Shown in pieces: positions 53,418 through 64,000 of a DNA stretch of 64,000 nucleotides (position 1 is its first letter; each line of letters opens with the position of its first letter). The DNA comes from Macrostomum lignano. Lineage: Eukaryota. The notes below the pieces were generated by a model. That model worked only from the letters and a program-made list of their open reading frames with translations. It was not told the DNA's origin and ran no database searches. Where the stretch lies: the NCBI GenBank assembly GCA_002269645.1, contig NIVC01002860.1, positions 1-64,000 of the forward strand, read 5' to 3'. Position numbers and translations under genes: made by a program.

Positions 53418-56400
53418 CTAGGGCTCCCAGGCGACCAGCTGGGCCAGCAGCGAGCTGCTGCTCACGCAGGACCGGGTCAACCGGGCCGCCATGCTGGCCA
53501 GGTGCGGGTCGGGCAGCAGCGGCATCTTGCCAAAATAGTCGTCGGATTTGCGCAGCCGCTGCCGGCTGACTCGCAGCGACGTGTTCTCCGGCACCGACCG
53601 GTTGAGCAGCAGGGTGACGCGGTCGCGCTCGTGCTGGCAGCGGTGCCGCGTGCAGAAGGCCGCGTCGAACTGCTCCAGCAGGCGGAAGCAGCTGGCGGGC
53701 GGTTCCGGGAGGGTGGGTTCGATTCGAGAGAGAAAGAGGGTGAGATATGGAGGGTGAGAAGTGGAGGGGTGAGAAGTGGAGGGGTGAGAAGTGGAGGGGA
53801 GAGAAGTGGAGGGGAGAGATGTCGAGGGTAAGACATGGAGGGTAAATGGTGGAGGGGGAATGGTGGAGGGGGAATGTGGGGGGGAATGGTGGAGGGGGAA
53901 TGCTGAGGGAATGGTGGAGGGGGAATGGTGGAGGGGGAATGTGGGGGGGAATGGTGGAGGGGGAATGCTGAGGGAATGGTGGAGGGGGAATGGTGGAGGG
54001 GAATGGTGGAGGGGAATGGTGGAGGGGGAATGGTGGGGTGAATGGTGGAGGGGGAATGGTGAAGGGAATGGTGGAGGGGAATGGTGGAGGGGAATGGTGG
54101 AGGGGAATGGTGGAGGGGAATGGTGGAGGGGAATGGTGGAGGGGAATGGTGGAGAGGGAATGGTGGAGAGGGAATGGTGGAGGGGAATGGTGGAGGGGAA
54201 TGGTGGAGGGGAATGGTGGAGGAGGAATGTTGAAGGGGGAATGGTGGAGGGGAATGGTGGAGGGGAATGGTGGAGGGGAATGGTGGAGGGGAATGGTGGA
54301 GGGGAATGGTGGAGGGGAATGGTGGAGGGAATGGTGGAGGGGAATGGTGGAGGGGAATGGTGGAGGGGAATGGTGGAGGAGGAATGTTGAAGGGGAATGG
54401 TGGAGGGGAATGGTGGAGGGGAATGGTGGAGGGGAATGGTGGAGGGGAATGGTGGAGGGGAATGGTGGAGGGGAATATTGGAGGGGAATGGTGGAGGGGA
54501 ATGGTGGAGGGGAATGGTGGAGGGGAATGGTGGAGGAGGAATGTTGAAGGGGGAATGGTGGAGGGGAATGGTGGAGGGGAATGGTGGAGGGGAATGGTGG
54601 AGGGGAATGGTGGAGGGGAATGGTGGAGGGGAATGGTGGAGGGGAATGGTGGAGGGGAATGGTGGAGGGGAATGGTGGAGGGGAATGGTGGAGGAGGAAT
54701 GTTGAAGGGGGAATGGTGGAGGGGAATGGTGGAGGGGAATGGTGGAGGGGAATGGTGGAGGGGAATGGTGGAGGGGAATGGTGGAGGGGAATGGTGGAGG
54801 GGAATGGTGGAGGGGAATGGTGGAGGGGAATGGTGGAGGGGAATGGTGGAGGGGAATGGTGGAGGGGAATGGTGGAGAGGGAATGGTGGAGGGGAATGGT
54901 GGAGAGGGAATGGTGGAGAGGGAATGGTGGAGGGGAATGGTGGAGGGGAATGGTGGAGGGGAATGGTGGAGGAGGAATGTTGAAGGGGGAATGGTGGAGG
55001 GGAATGGTGGAGGGGAATGGTGGAGGAGGAATGTTGAAGGGGGAATGGTGGAGGGGAATGGTGGAGGGGAATGGTGGAGGGGAATGGTGGAGGGGAATGG
55101 TGGAGGGGAATGGTGGAGGGGAATGGTGGAGGGGAATGGTGGAGGGGAATGGTGGAGGGGAATGGTGGAGGGGAATGGTGGAGGGGAATGGTGGAGGGGA
55201 ATGGTGGAGGGGAATGGTGGAGGGGAATGGTGGAGGAGGAATGTTGAAGGGGAATGGTGGAGGGGAATGGTGGAGGGGAATGGTGGAGGGGAATGGTGGA
55301 GGGGAATGGTGGAGGGGAATGGTGGAGGGGAATGGTGGAGGGGAATGGTGGAGGGGAATGGTGGAGGGGAATGGTGGAGGGGAATGGTGGAGGGGAATGG
55401 TGGAGAGGGAATGGTGGAGGGGAATGGTGGAGAGGGAATGGTGGAGAGGGAATGGTGGATGGGAATGGTGGAGGGGAATGGTGGAGGGGAATGGTGGAGG
55501 AGGAATGTTGAAGGGGGAATGGTGGAGGGGAATGGTGGAGGGGAATGGTGGAGGGGAATGGTGGAGGGGAATGGTGGAGGGGAATGGTGGAGGGGAATGG
55601 TGGAGAGGGAATGGTGGAGGGGAATGGTGGAGAGGGAATGGTGGAGAGGGAATGGTGGAGGGGAATGGTGGAGGGGAATGGTGGAGGGGAATGGTGGAGG
55701 AGGAATGTTGAAGGGGAATGGTGGAGGGGAATGGTGGAGGGGAATGGTGGAGGGAATGGTGGAGGGGAATGGTGGAGGGAATGGTGGAGGGGAATGGTGG
55801 AGAGGGAATGGTGGAGGGGAATGGTGGAGAGGGAATGGTGGAGAGGGAATGGTGGAGGGGAATGGTGGAGGGGAATGGTGGAGGGGAATGGTGGAGGAGG
55901 AATGTTGAAGGGGGAATGGTGGAGGGGAATGGTGGAGGGGAATGGTGATGAAGAACAAATGTTGAAGCTGATTCACAAGCTCAGTAAGAAATCTGAGGTG
56001 AACTGCACCGTTTAAGAAGCGGCTGCTTGAGGCTGTAGAACCGGCACATGAAGTACTTGGCCCAGGTTTTGGTCCTGTGAGTCCCCCTGAGCAGCAGCGT
56101 CTTCCGGATGTACAGCAGGCTGCAGGTCCGGTCCGCGATGCTTTGCAAAGCCGCACGATTTGCCCGCAGCTTCTTCAGCAGGTCGCGGTCGAACGGGACG
56201 CAGAAGTCCGACACCACTGGCGCGGGCAGGTCGGCGCTTCTCGTGCCGCCCACGCGGACCCACTGGCGCCGGGGCGCCATCCGGCGCGGCTCCACAGCCA
56301 GCAGTAGACGGCGCCGAGCCATCGCTGGCGCGGGCGCCATGCGCCTGAAATACGCCGGGCTGATGTTGTCGCCCTCGAACCCCGGCTGGGCGGTGGAGGA

Positions 56401-57539
56401 GGAGGCGGTCGCCGTGGTTGCCACGTTGTGTCGGCCGGAGCTGAGGTCGAACCGCGAGTCTGAGGAGGATGTAAGAGGTTCTGTGGGGCTGGAGTTTCAG
56501 CAGGGATACTGATGAGGCGGTGGGATGCTTTTACAATAATATTGCTGCTCGGTAGGGTTGGGTGAAGGTTGAGTGGGTGAGGGTTAAGGTGAGTGAGGGT
56601 TGGGGTGGGTGAGGGTTGGGATGGGTGAGGGTTGGGATGGGTGAGAGTTGGGGTGGGTGAGGGTTGGGGTGGGTGAGGGTTGGGGTGGGTGAGGGTTGGG
56701 GTGGGTGAGGGTTGGGGTGGGTGAGGGTTGGGTTGGGTGAGGGTTGGGTTGGGTGAGGGTTGGGGTGGGTGAGGGTTGGGGTGGGTGAGGGTTGGGATGG
56801 GTGAGGGTTGGGATGGGTGAGGGTTGGGGTGGGTGAGGGTTGAGGTGGGTGAGGGTTGGGGGGTTAGCGGAATGGGCGACGCTCGCCTCCCCGCTGCGTC
56901 TTCGGACCGCCCTGCAGCTAAGAGGGTTGGGGTGGGTGAGGGAACACATAGACCAGGGGTCGGCAAACTATGGCCCACAGGCCACATGGCCACATAGCGA
57001 AGCCTCTCTATCCAATCCTCGGGTCCTTTGAAATTTCACAATGGCAATCTGGCCCGCTCAAGGTTTGCCTCTTCTAAGACCTCGTTTATTTTTTCTCCTC
57101 TCGTTATCTCCTCTATCTCCTCCCCTCTCTCTCTCATCTGCCCTATCTCCTCTCTCTGGCCTGCAGCCAAGCGCTAGCTTCTACACCAGGCCCTTTGAGT
57201 TGAAAGTGTTTGCCCACCCGTGGCATGGACTTTTGAGAGTCAGACGCCTGAACCCACAGAGCCACTTTGCCCCCCCCCCAATAGGTGGATGAAGCAGATC
57301 TGGGGTCACGAGTCCCCCAGTAAGACAGAAAGCTCACCATCAGTTGCCGTTGCCACCGGATCCTCTTCTCGCCGGCTGCATCGCTCCTCAGCCACGGGGA
57401 TGCTGAAGTGCAGCACCAGCGAATTCACCCTGGTGGCCGTCACAGTTTTGGTTGCCATGGCCTTCCGGTTGAAGCTGTGCTCGAAAATATCGAACTGCTG
57501 ATGACATTTTCCCCGCTTTTGCGAGAGCTTCCTTTTCAT
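53418..57539 (-). CDS. Uncharacterised protein, about 290-315 aa, 3 exons
   Basis: Exons 57539 (or ATG 57458)-57338, 56480-56009, 53691-53418; phases 1 and 2 are consistent; GC-rich coding-like exons; C-terminal half is protein-like (FCVPFDRDLLKKL...TWAKYFMCRFY...RCFRLLEQFDAAFCTRHRC...DYFGKMP). Exon 2 donor (GTGCAG) is weak. Confidence 0.6.
53745..55945. repeat. G-rich 13-bp satellite (GGAGGGGAATGGT)n, about 2.1 kb
   Basis: Direct inspection; source of the spurious 912-aa ORF. Confidence 0.96.
56555..56865. repeat. G-rich 16-bp repeat (GGGTGAGGGTTGGGGT)n
   Basis: Direct inspection. Confidence 0.94.
56954..57222. mobile_element. hAT-type MITE, 269 bp
   Basis: TIRs CAGGGGTCGGCAAAC / GTTTGCCCACCCGTG (13/15); flanking 8-mers ACATAGAC and GCATGGAC (6/8, decayed TSD). 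Confidence 0.7.
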
Positions 57540-58044
57540 TTGTCTATGGTCAGAACTGCGGCTGGTGCTCGAATCCTCCAACCCTCATGAAGGTTAGTTA
57601 GAGTACTATTGAGCACACTTCAACTGAGCACCCGAAAAGTTCCAGCATGCATCACAAAGAATGAAATTTCAGAGTCCTTCTTCTTTCTGATTGCGATACC
57701 TGAGAAATTCCTGAGTACCCTATCGTGTACTTTTGCACATCGTGAGCTTCATTTTATGCAGAGACATTCAGATGCCTGTGTTGAGCACCAGCAGGAGCAC
57801 GGGGGCAGCCGCCAATCCAGCAGCTGTTTCTCAAGCATCCAACCCTGCCTTCTGTTTACCGATATTTGCCGAGTCAACACATGGCGCCCGTGGGAATTAT
57901 CGATTGGGGGGGGATCAACAACTTGGCTCAGCGACTGAGCGACCGAAGTCTGAAGGATGCGATTTTTATGCGCTACCGGCATTGCGGATGCTATAAGTGC
58001 CATTTTTTATGCCACCGAATCGACACCGTTAATACTGCCTCTGG

Positions 58045-58630
58045 CACAGCTGATAGCACTACTGACACAGCTGATTACATCTCTGACACAGCTAATCACA
58101 TCTCTGACACAGCTGTTGACATTTCTGACACAGCTGTTGACATCTCTGACACAGCTGATCACATCTCTGACACAGCTAATCACATCTCTGACACAGCTGA
58201 TCACATTTCTGACACAGCATATCACATCTCTGACACAGCTTTTGACATTTCTGACACAGCTGATCACATCTCTGACACAGCTGTTGACATCTCTGACACA
58301 GCTGTTGACATCTCTGACACAGCTGTTGACATCTCTGACACAGCTGTTGACATCTCTGACACAGCTGTTGACATCTCTGACACAGCTGTTGACATCTCTG
58401 ACACAGCTGTTGACATCTCTGACACAGCTGTTGACATCTCTGACACAGCTGTTGACATCTCTGACACAGCTGTTGACATCTCTGACACAGCTGTTGACAT
58501 CTCTGACACAGCTGATCACATCTCTGACACAGCTGTTTACATCTCTGACACAGCTGATCACATCTCTGACACAGCTGTTTACATCTCTGACACAGCTGAT
58601 CACATCTCTGACACAGCTGTTTACATCTCT
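58045..58630. repeat. 21-bp minisatellite (CAGCTGTTGACATCTCTGACA)n
   Basis: Direct inspection. Confidence 0.96.
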
Positions 58631-59150
58631 GGCTCTTTCCGAAGAACCAATTTCTAAGTTCTTACTTTTAGATTGGGAAAACTTTGCCCGCTGACTGATG
58701 CAGCTTCCAGCCTCCGAGATCTGCCTCCATCCCCCGGCCCCGCATGGGAGATAAGGAAGCTGAGCCGCAGTGGCGCCACCTTTTTCTCAGCTCTGACACG
58801 CAGCTGCTGCGTGACCGCCTGAGCGAAATTCGGATGCACTCTTACAGCCTTTGCCTGCTGCGAGCGCGTCACAGGCACTTGAAAGCAATTTCTAGCTGAA
58901 AAATAGGAATATCCGTTAATCCAGTTGTATCCCTTGTAAGAGGTTTCTACTTTTTAAACTTTGAAAATTGATGAGGCCAGAGTTTTGGGATATCCTCAGA
59001 GACTGGGGAAGCAGGTCCACAGCTTGCAGGGCCATCCCCAGCCAATGGGAGCGTCTTGGCTCCACTATAACTGCCTCCTGAGCTGAGCTGCTTCTAAAAG
59101 CAAAACCTCTTTAACCAGTCTTTCAAGAAATTACCTGCTTACACGTTGCC

Positions 59151-60275
59151 ATGACAACCGCCAATGAGTCGAGCGACGCTAATTCGACCGGCTTGCTGCT
59201 GGCGGGTGCGCAGTGCCGAGACTTCGCCGAGCTGTACAAGCCGCGCCAGGCCAGCGGGGTGCACTTCTTCATCGTGTACGCCTGCCTGGCCCTGTTCGCC
59301 ATCCTCGGCAACTCCTTCATCGTCTCCGCCGTCACCATCGGCGGCGGCTTCCCCGCTGGCGCCAGGAGGACCTTCCGCTTCCTGACGCTGCTGCTCAGCT
59401 GCTACGAGCTGCTGGCCGGCTGCGTCCTGCTGCTCATGCTGTTCTATCTGGGCATCGGCTACCACAACCGCACCTCCGGCGGCGACCGCGTCTGGCCGGG
59501 CTGGCCGTCCGAGGACGAGAACCCCTACCTGACCAGGGGCTACTCGCTGCCGAAGTTCCTCACCAGCCTGCGCGACGTCACCATTGGCTTGGAGGCGAAC
59601 GCCTACTGCCTGCTGGCCGTCGACCGGCTGCTGGCGGTGGCCGCGCCGCTCAGCCGGCGCTGGAGCCTGGCGGCCGTCCGCGGCATCGCCTGCTGCGTTG
59701 TGGCGGTCGCCGTGCTGGGCGAGGCCGGCCTGCAGGTCTGGTTGATGCTGGGGCTGGCGGCGGACCCGGACGGCAGCGAGACGGTCTGCCGATTCCTAAC
59801 AGAGCACCAGAGCGCGAACGCGCTAGTCAAGGCGGCCCTGGCGGTGCTGAACTACTCGGTGTCCCTGGCCAGCTACCTGGGCACCGGGGCTCTCCTGGTT
59901 GGCCGGTGGTGGCAGAAACGGCGCCAGGCTGGGCCCGCTCCGGCGGCTGGCGCGGCGGCTTCGAACAGCGCTGAGAAACCGGAGCAGCGGCCGTCGCAGC
60001 GACTGTCGCAGCAGGCCGGTGGCGGAGAGCAAATGCTGCGCCCGCTGATGGCGCTGATCGTGGGGAATCTGGTGCAGTTCTTCAGCCTGCTGCCCATGGT
60101 GCTGGACAACATGGGCCTGCTGCACCTGGAGATCAGCTGCTACTACATCCTGTACGTGAACTCCGCCGCGGTGCCCTGCATCACCATCGTCTTCAACCGC
60201 GGCATTCGCGACGGGGTCAGCCGGGTGCTCCGGCGCTGCGATCGTTGCGGGCGGGAGAGACAGGCAGGACGTTAG
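59151..60275 (+). CDS. Intronless class A (rhodopsin-like) GPCR, 374 aa, divergent orphan
   Basis: Seven hydrophobic segments; GN in TM1, AVDRLLAVAAPL (DRY-like), SLLP in TM6, NSAAVPCITIVFNRGIR in TM7/helix 8; N-terminal NES and NST glycosylation sequons. Confidence 0.88.
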   Translation: MTTANESSDANSTGLLLAGAQCRDFAELYKPRQASGVHFFIVYACLALFAILGNSFIVSAVTIGGGFPAGARRTFRFLTLLLSCYELLAGCVLLLMLFYLGIGYHNRTSGGDRVWPGWPSEDENPYLTRGYSLPKFLTSLRDVTIGLEANAYCLLAVDRLLAVAAPLSRRWSLAAVRGIACCVVAVAVLGEAGLQVWLMLGLAADPDGSETVCRFLTEHQSANALVKAALAVLNYSVSLASYLGTGALLVGRWWQKRRQAGPAPAAGAAASNSAEKPEQRPSQRLSQQAGGGEQMLRPLMALIVGNLVQFFSLLPMVLDNMGLLHLEISCYYILYVNSAAVPCITIVFNRGIRDGVSRVLRRCDRCGRERQAGR

Positions 60276-60650
60276 GGAGACATGAGGGAGAGACAGGCAG
60301 GACATGAGGGAGAGACAGGCAGGACATGAGGGAGAGACAGGCAGGACATGAGGGAGAGACAGGCAGGATGTGAAGGAGAGACAGGCAGGATGTGAAGGAG
60401 AGACAGGCAGGATGTGAAGGAGAGACAGGCAGGATGTGAAGGAGAGACAGGTAGGGTGTGAAGGAGAGACAGGCAGGATGTGAAGGAGAGACAGGCAGGA
60501 TGTGAAGGAGAGACAGGCAGGATGTGAAGGGGAGACAGGCAGGATGTGAAGGAGAGACAGGTAGGATATGAAGGAGAGACAGGCAGGATGTGAAGGAGAG
60601 ACAGGCAGGATGTGAAGGAGAGACAGGCAGGATGTGAAGGAGAGACAGGA
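60253..60650. repeat. 22-bp minisatellite (GAAGGAGAGACAGGCAGGATGT)n overlapping the GPCR 3' end
   Basis: The first GGGAGAGACAGGCAGGAC unit lies inside the last GPCR codons. Confidence 0.95.
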
Positions 60651-61129
60651 TGATTCTGAGACGAGCATGCCATTATTATTCTGTGACGGGAAGAGACATT
60701 TTACAGGCACACGGTCGAGCTTCATACTATCTAAATTATACTTCATGGTATAAAAATCCTTTCAGAACTTTTTTGATAAAAACTTTTCACCCACAGCCAC
60801 GACTTGCAGCTTAGCAGTGAGTCGCCCATTTATTTTTTCACCTCTCTGTCTAGCGAGCGATGACTTTGCTTTTGTTGTTTCCCTAACAACTATGGACCGT
60901 GTGTTTTTGAACAGAGCTTTGCACTCCCGACATTTTCATTATTTCTTGGCCTGCTTATCCGCCTGCAGCCTCTCGAATCCGCCATCACTGTTTTTTAAAT
61001 CCGGTTTTGTTTAAAATTCAATTGGATTTTGCCGCCCGTAAAACTGCTACTCCATGCCAGGTGGCAAGCAAAAATTAAATTGGACCTAGCTCCTAAGGGT
61101 CCAGCTTGTTAAAAACTGCAAACATTTTT

Positions 61130-61915
61130 GAGCTGAGACACAAGCTGAGACACAAGCTGAGACACAAGCTGAGACACAAGCTGAGACACAATCTGAGACA
61201 CAAACTGAGACACAAGCTGAGACACAAGCTGAGACACAAGCTGAGACACAAGCTGAGACACAAGCTGAGACACAAGCTGAGACACAAGCTGAGACACAAG
61301 CTGAGACACAAGCTGAGACACAAGCTGAGACACAAATTGAAACACAAACCGAGACACAAGCTGAGACACAAGCTGATAAACAAGCTGAGACACAAGCTGA
61401 GACACAAGCTGAGACACAAGCTGAGACACAAGCTGAGACACAAGCTGAGACACAAGCTGATAAAAAAGCTGAGACACAGCTGAGACACAAGCTGAGACAC
61501 AAGCTGAGACACAAGCTGAGACACAAGCTGAGACACAAGCTGATACACACTGAGACACAAGCTGAGACACACTGAGACACAAGCTGAGACACAGCTGAGA
61601 CACAAGTTGAGACACAAGCTGATAAAAAAGCTGAGACACAAGCTGATAAACAAGCTGAGACACAAGCTGAGACACAAGCTGAGACACAGCTGAGACACAA
61701 GTTGAGTCACAAGCTGAAACACAGCTGAGACACAAGCTGAGACACAAGCTGAGACACAAGCTGAGACACAAGCTGAGACACAAGCTGATACACACTGAGA
61801 CACAAGCTGAGACACAAGCTGAGACACAAGCTGAGACACAAGCTGAGACACAAGCTGAGACACAATCTGAGACACAAGTTGAGTCACAAGCTGAAACACA
61901 GCTGAGACACAAGCT
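61130..61915. repeat. 12-bp minisatellite (CAAGCTGAGACA)n
   Basis: Direct inspection. Confidence 0.96.
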
Positions 61916-63784
61916 GAATGAATGTGAATGTAAATTATGAATGTCTTTATATGGACACCTCCAACTGGATGTCCTTCTCCATCCAGCATAATTGGCTTGA
62001 GTCGCTGGCGCTGTCAGTGAGTCCTGGAGTATGAGGTGCCGGTAGCAGCTGTCCCCCTCTCATAGCTACTGGCAGGGTGTGACAAAAGAAAAGTACTCGC
62101 CAGATGTTATCCCAGCCAGTCAATGCCGCCTCCGCATCAGCAGTAAAAGCCTCGTTTGATTTACAAACCTGCCACCCAAGGCGAAAGCCAGTGCACTGAA
62201 TCAGGTATCTGCCTGTAAACATAATTTCCTGTTGATGGCAAAGCGATGCTGCTAATCAAAACACAACCCCTGCCACGCTTTCATTTAATACTACTGGTCT
62301 GTTGCAGCGATCAGTAGTGCAATGAGAATATGTTTCGTTTGAAGGGAAAAATAACTATATACCTGAAATTCACTTAAAATCTTATAGAAATCCGATTGGG
62401 GTTTCTAAAGACAATCATTGGCAGAAAATAGTCTGAGTTGATAAAGACCATCGTTGGCTGATATGCATAGCTATATTTTCAGATGTCCATGTCAGCAGTC
62501 CTTGGTCCGAACTTTCGATTCTGTAGCCAGCCTGTGATTAACTAATTTCTGCCCAGTTTCACAATGAATTCAATGCGCGGGCGCCTCTATTAAATCAACG
62601 ACTCTTGAGAAGCTGTGAGGCTGTTCTCAAACTAACAGCAGCAGGCCGGAGACACTCCAGTCTGCTTGAATAGGCTGAGTTTCAGCTCCACTCTGTCACG
62701 ATGGCATTCGCTGAAGCGAACATCTGAGGATTTTCCAAGCCGAGTTCCAATTATCAGATTTGCTGTATTTGTCTTCTTTTTCCTTCTTTTAGGCAAGTCT
62801 AGAATTTTAATCAAGGGTGCTCTGAAGGCTAAAATTAGGCTATTGAAACGCTGTACTAGGCGAGGCCCCTAGTGATGTCTCCCAGATCTTTAAAATCTTT
62901 AACTAAACACGAACTGCAAATGGGAAAGCGAGGAACAATATTCAAGGCATAAAAAATCTGTTCACGTCAAGGTCACGTGATTCGTCCCCCCAACGCTGTA
63001 CTTATTTCACTCGCTTACATGCTTGTAACGCGTGAGCTATCCTTGCAAGAATGCTGACCTTGAGCCAACCAATCAGCGTTCGTTCAGTGAGAGGAAACGA
63101 TTGTTGTCCATCCGGTCACGCGATCACGTCACGATTGGGCGTAACCAATCGCCGACCTTGAAAGATACGAGCAAACAAACCTTTGATTTTGACAGCCTTA
63201 GCAAATACTATAAATAAATTGAATCTAAATCATTTATAAATTTATTACGCGTATAATATGCTTTATGAGGATATCATCTTTCTATTTGGTCAACGCTCTT
63301 AGTTCTAGAGGCATTGAAAACCCATGATCATCGAGAATTGAAGCTCTCTCAGTGTGGACTTCTGTAATGCGATGACACACAAAGCGGATTTGTCACAATC
63401 GACTGGCCATTTCGATGGCGCTCCAGGATTTACCCCCCCATACCCTCCCGACTCCCGAGACGAGTCCCAGACCATCGGATCAGCACTGCTGCTCCCCTTT
63501 GCCCGCCTATGCTACAGCGTTCCTCGTTGAGCAATTCAGCCTCTCAACTTCATCTCATTACCTGGGATCGATCGGAAATTGCCACACACCCATCTCCCCC
63601 ACCTACTCAGAAGAGCTCGTTTCCCCCAGCATCAGGTCGGTCGTTAGTTAGACATGATTCCAGCCTCCACGCAGCCTCATCTCATCAGTGGGCTTCCATA
63701 CTTAATGTTATTCTTAAGCAATGCTTAGTCCTTGGTCTCCGGGAACCTCCAATGCATCCTGTCCTTTTTGCTGTCGTGGGAAGT

Positions 63785-63786
63785 CC

Positions 63787-63881
<95 letters not shown>

Positions 63882-64000
63882 GCCTGTCTGCCTGTCTGTC
63901 TGTCTGTCTGTCTGTCTGTCTGCCTGTCTGTCTGTCTGTCTGTCTGTCTGCCTGTCTGTCTGTCTGCCTGTCTGTCTGCCTGTCTGTCTGTCTGCCTGTC
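63785..64000. repeat. (TGTC)n microsatellite, truncated by the window end
   Basis: Direct inspection. Confidence 0.96.

Noticed and set aside
53418-56156. 912-aa Pro/His/Ser ORF and overlapping Gly/Trp ORFs
   Set aside because: Translation of the 13-bp satellite; only the last about 90 codons are a real exon of the orphan gene.

Overview
Eukaryotic (animal, most likely invertebrate; sequence style suggests a flatworm such as Macrostomum, unverified) genomic window with spliced genes whose introns are largely filled by intron-specific minisatellites. Reconstructed by hand from splice signals: (1) SNAP-25 (+, 7921-36963; 206 aa) with a second homologous, mutually exclusive first coding exon at 12373-12495 (220 aa isoform), plus a 9.1-kb 28-bp satellite with higher-order structure in one intron; (2) an FKBP6/shutdown-type FKBP-TPR co-chaperone (+, 39306-43071; about 513 aa) followed by the relic of an apparent tandem duplicate; (3) an unrecognised 8-exon type-I membrane protein (-, 51215-47248; about 523 aa) whose cytoplasmic part looks like a degenerate Ras-like (or TIR/SEFIR-like) alpha/beta domain; (4) an unrecognised 3-exon gene (-, 57539-53418) that may splice into gene 3; (5) an intronless divergent class A GPCR (+, 59151-60275). 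Non-autonomous DNA transposons are present (two MULE/hAT-like elements with target-site duplications, an internally deleted Tc1/IS630 element, hAT MITEs). Most long ORFs in the supplied track are artefacts of tandem repeats. No rRNA, tRNA or CRISPR was recognised.
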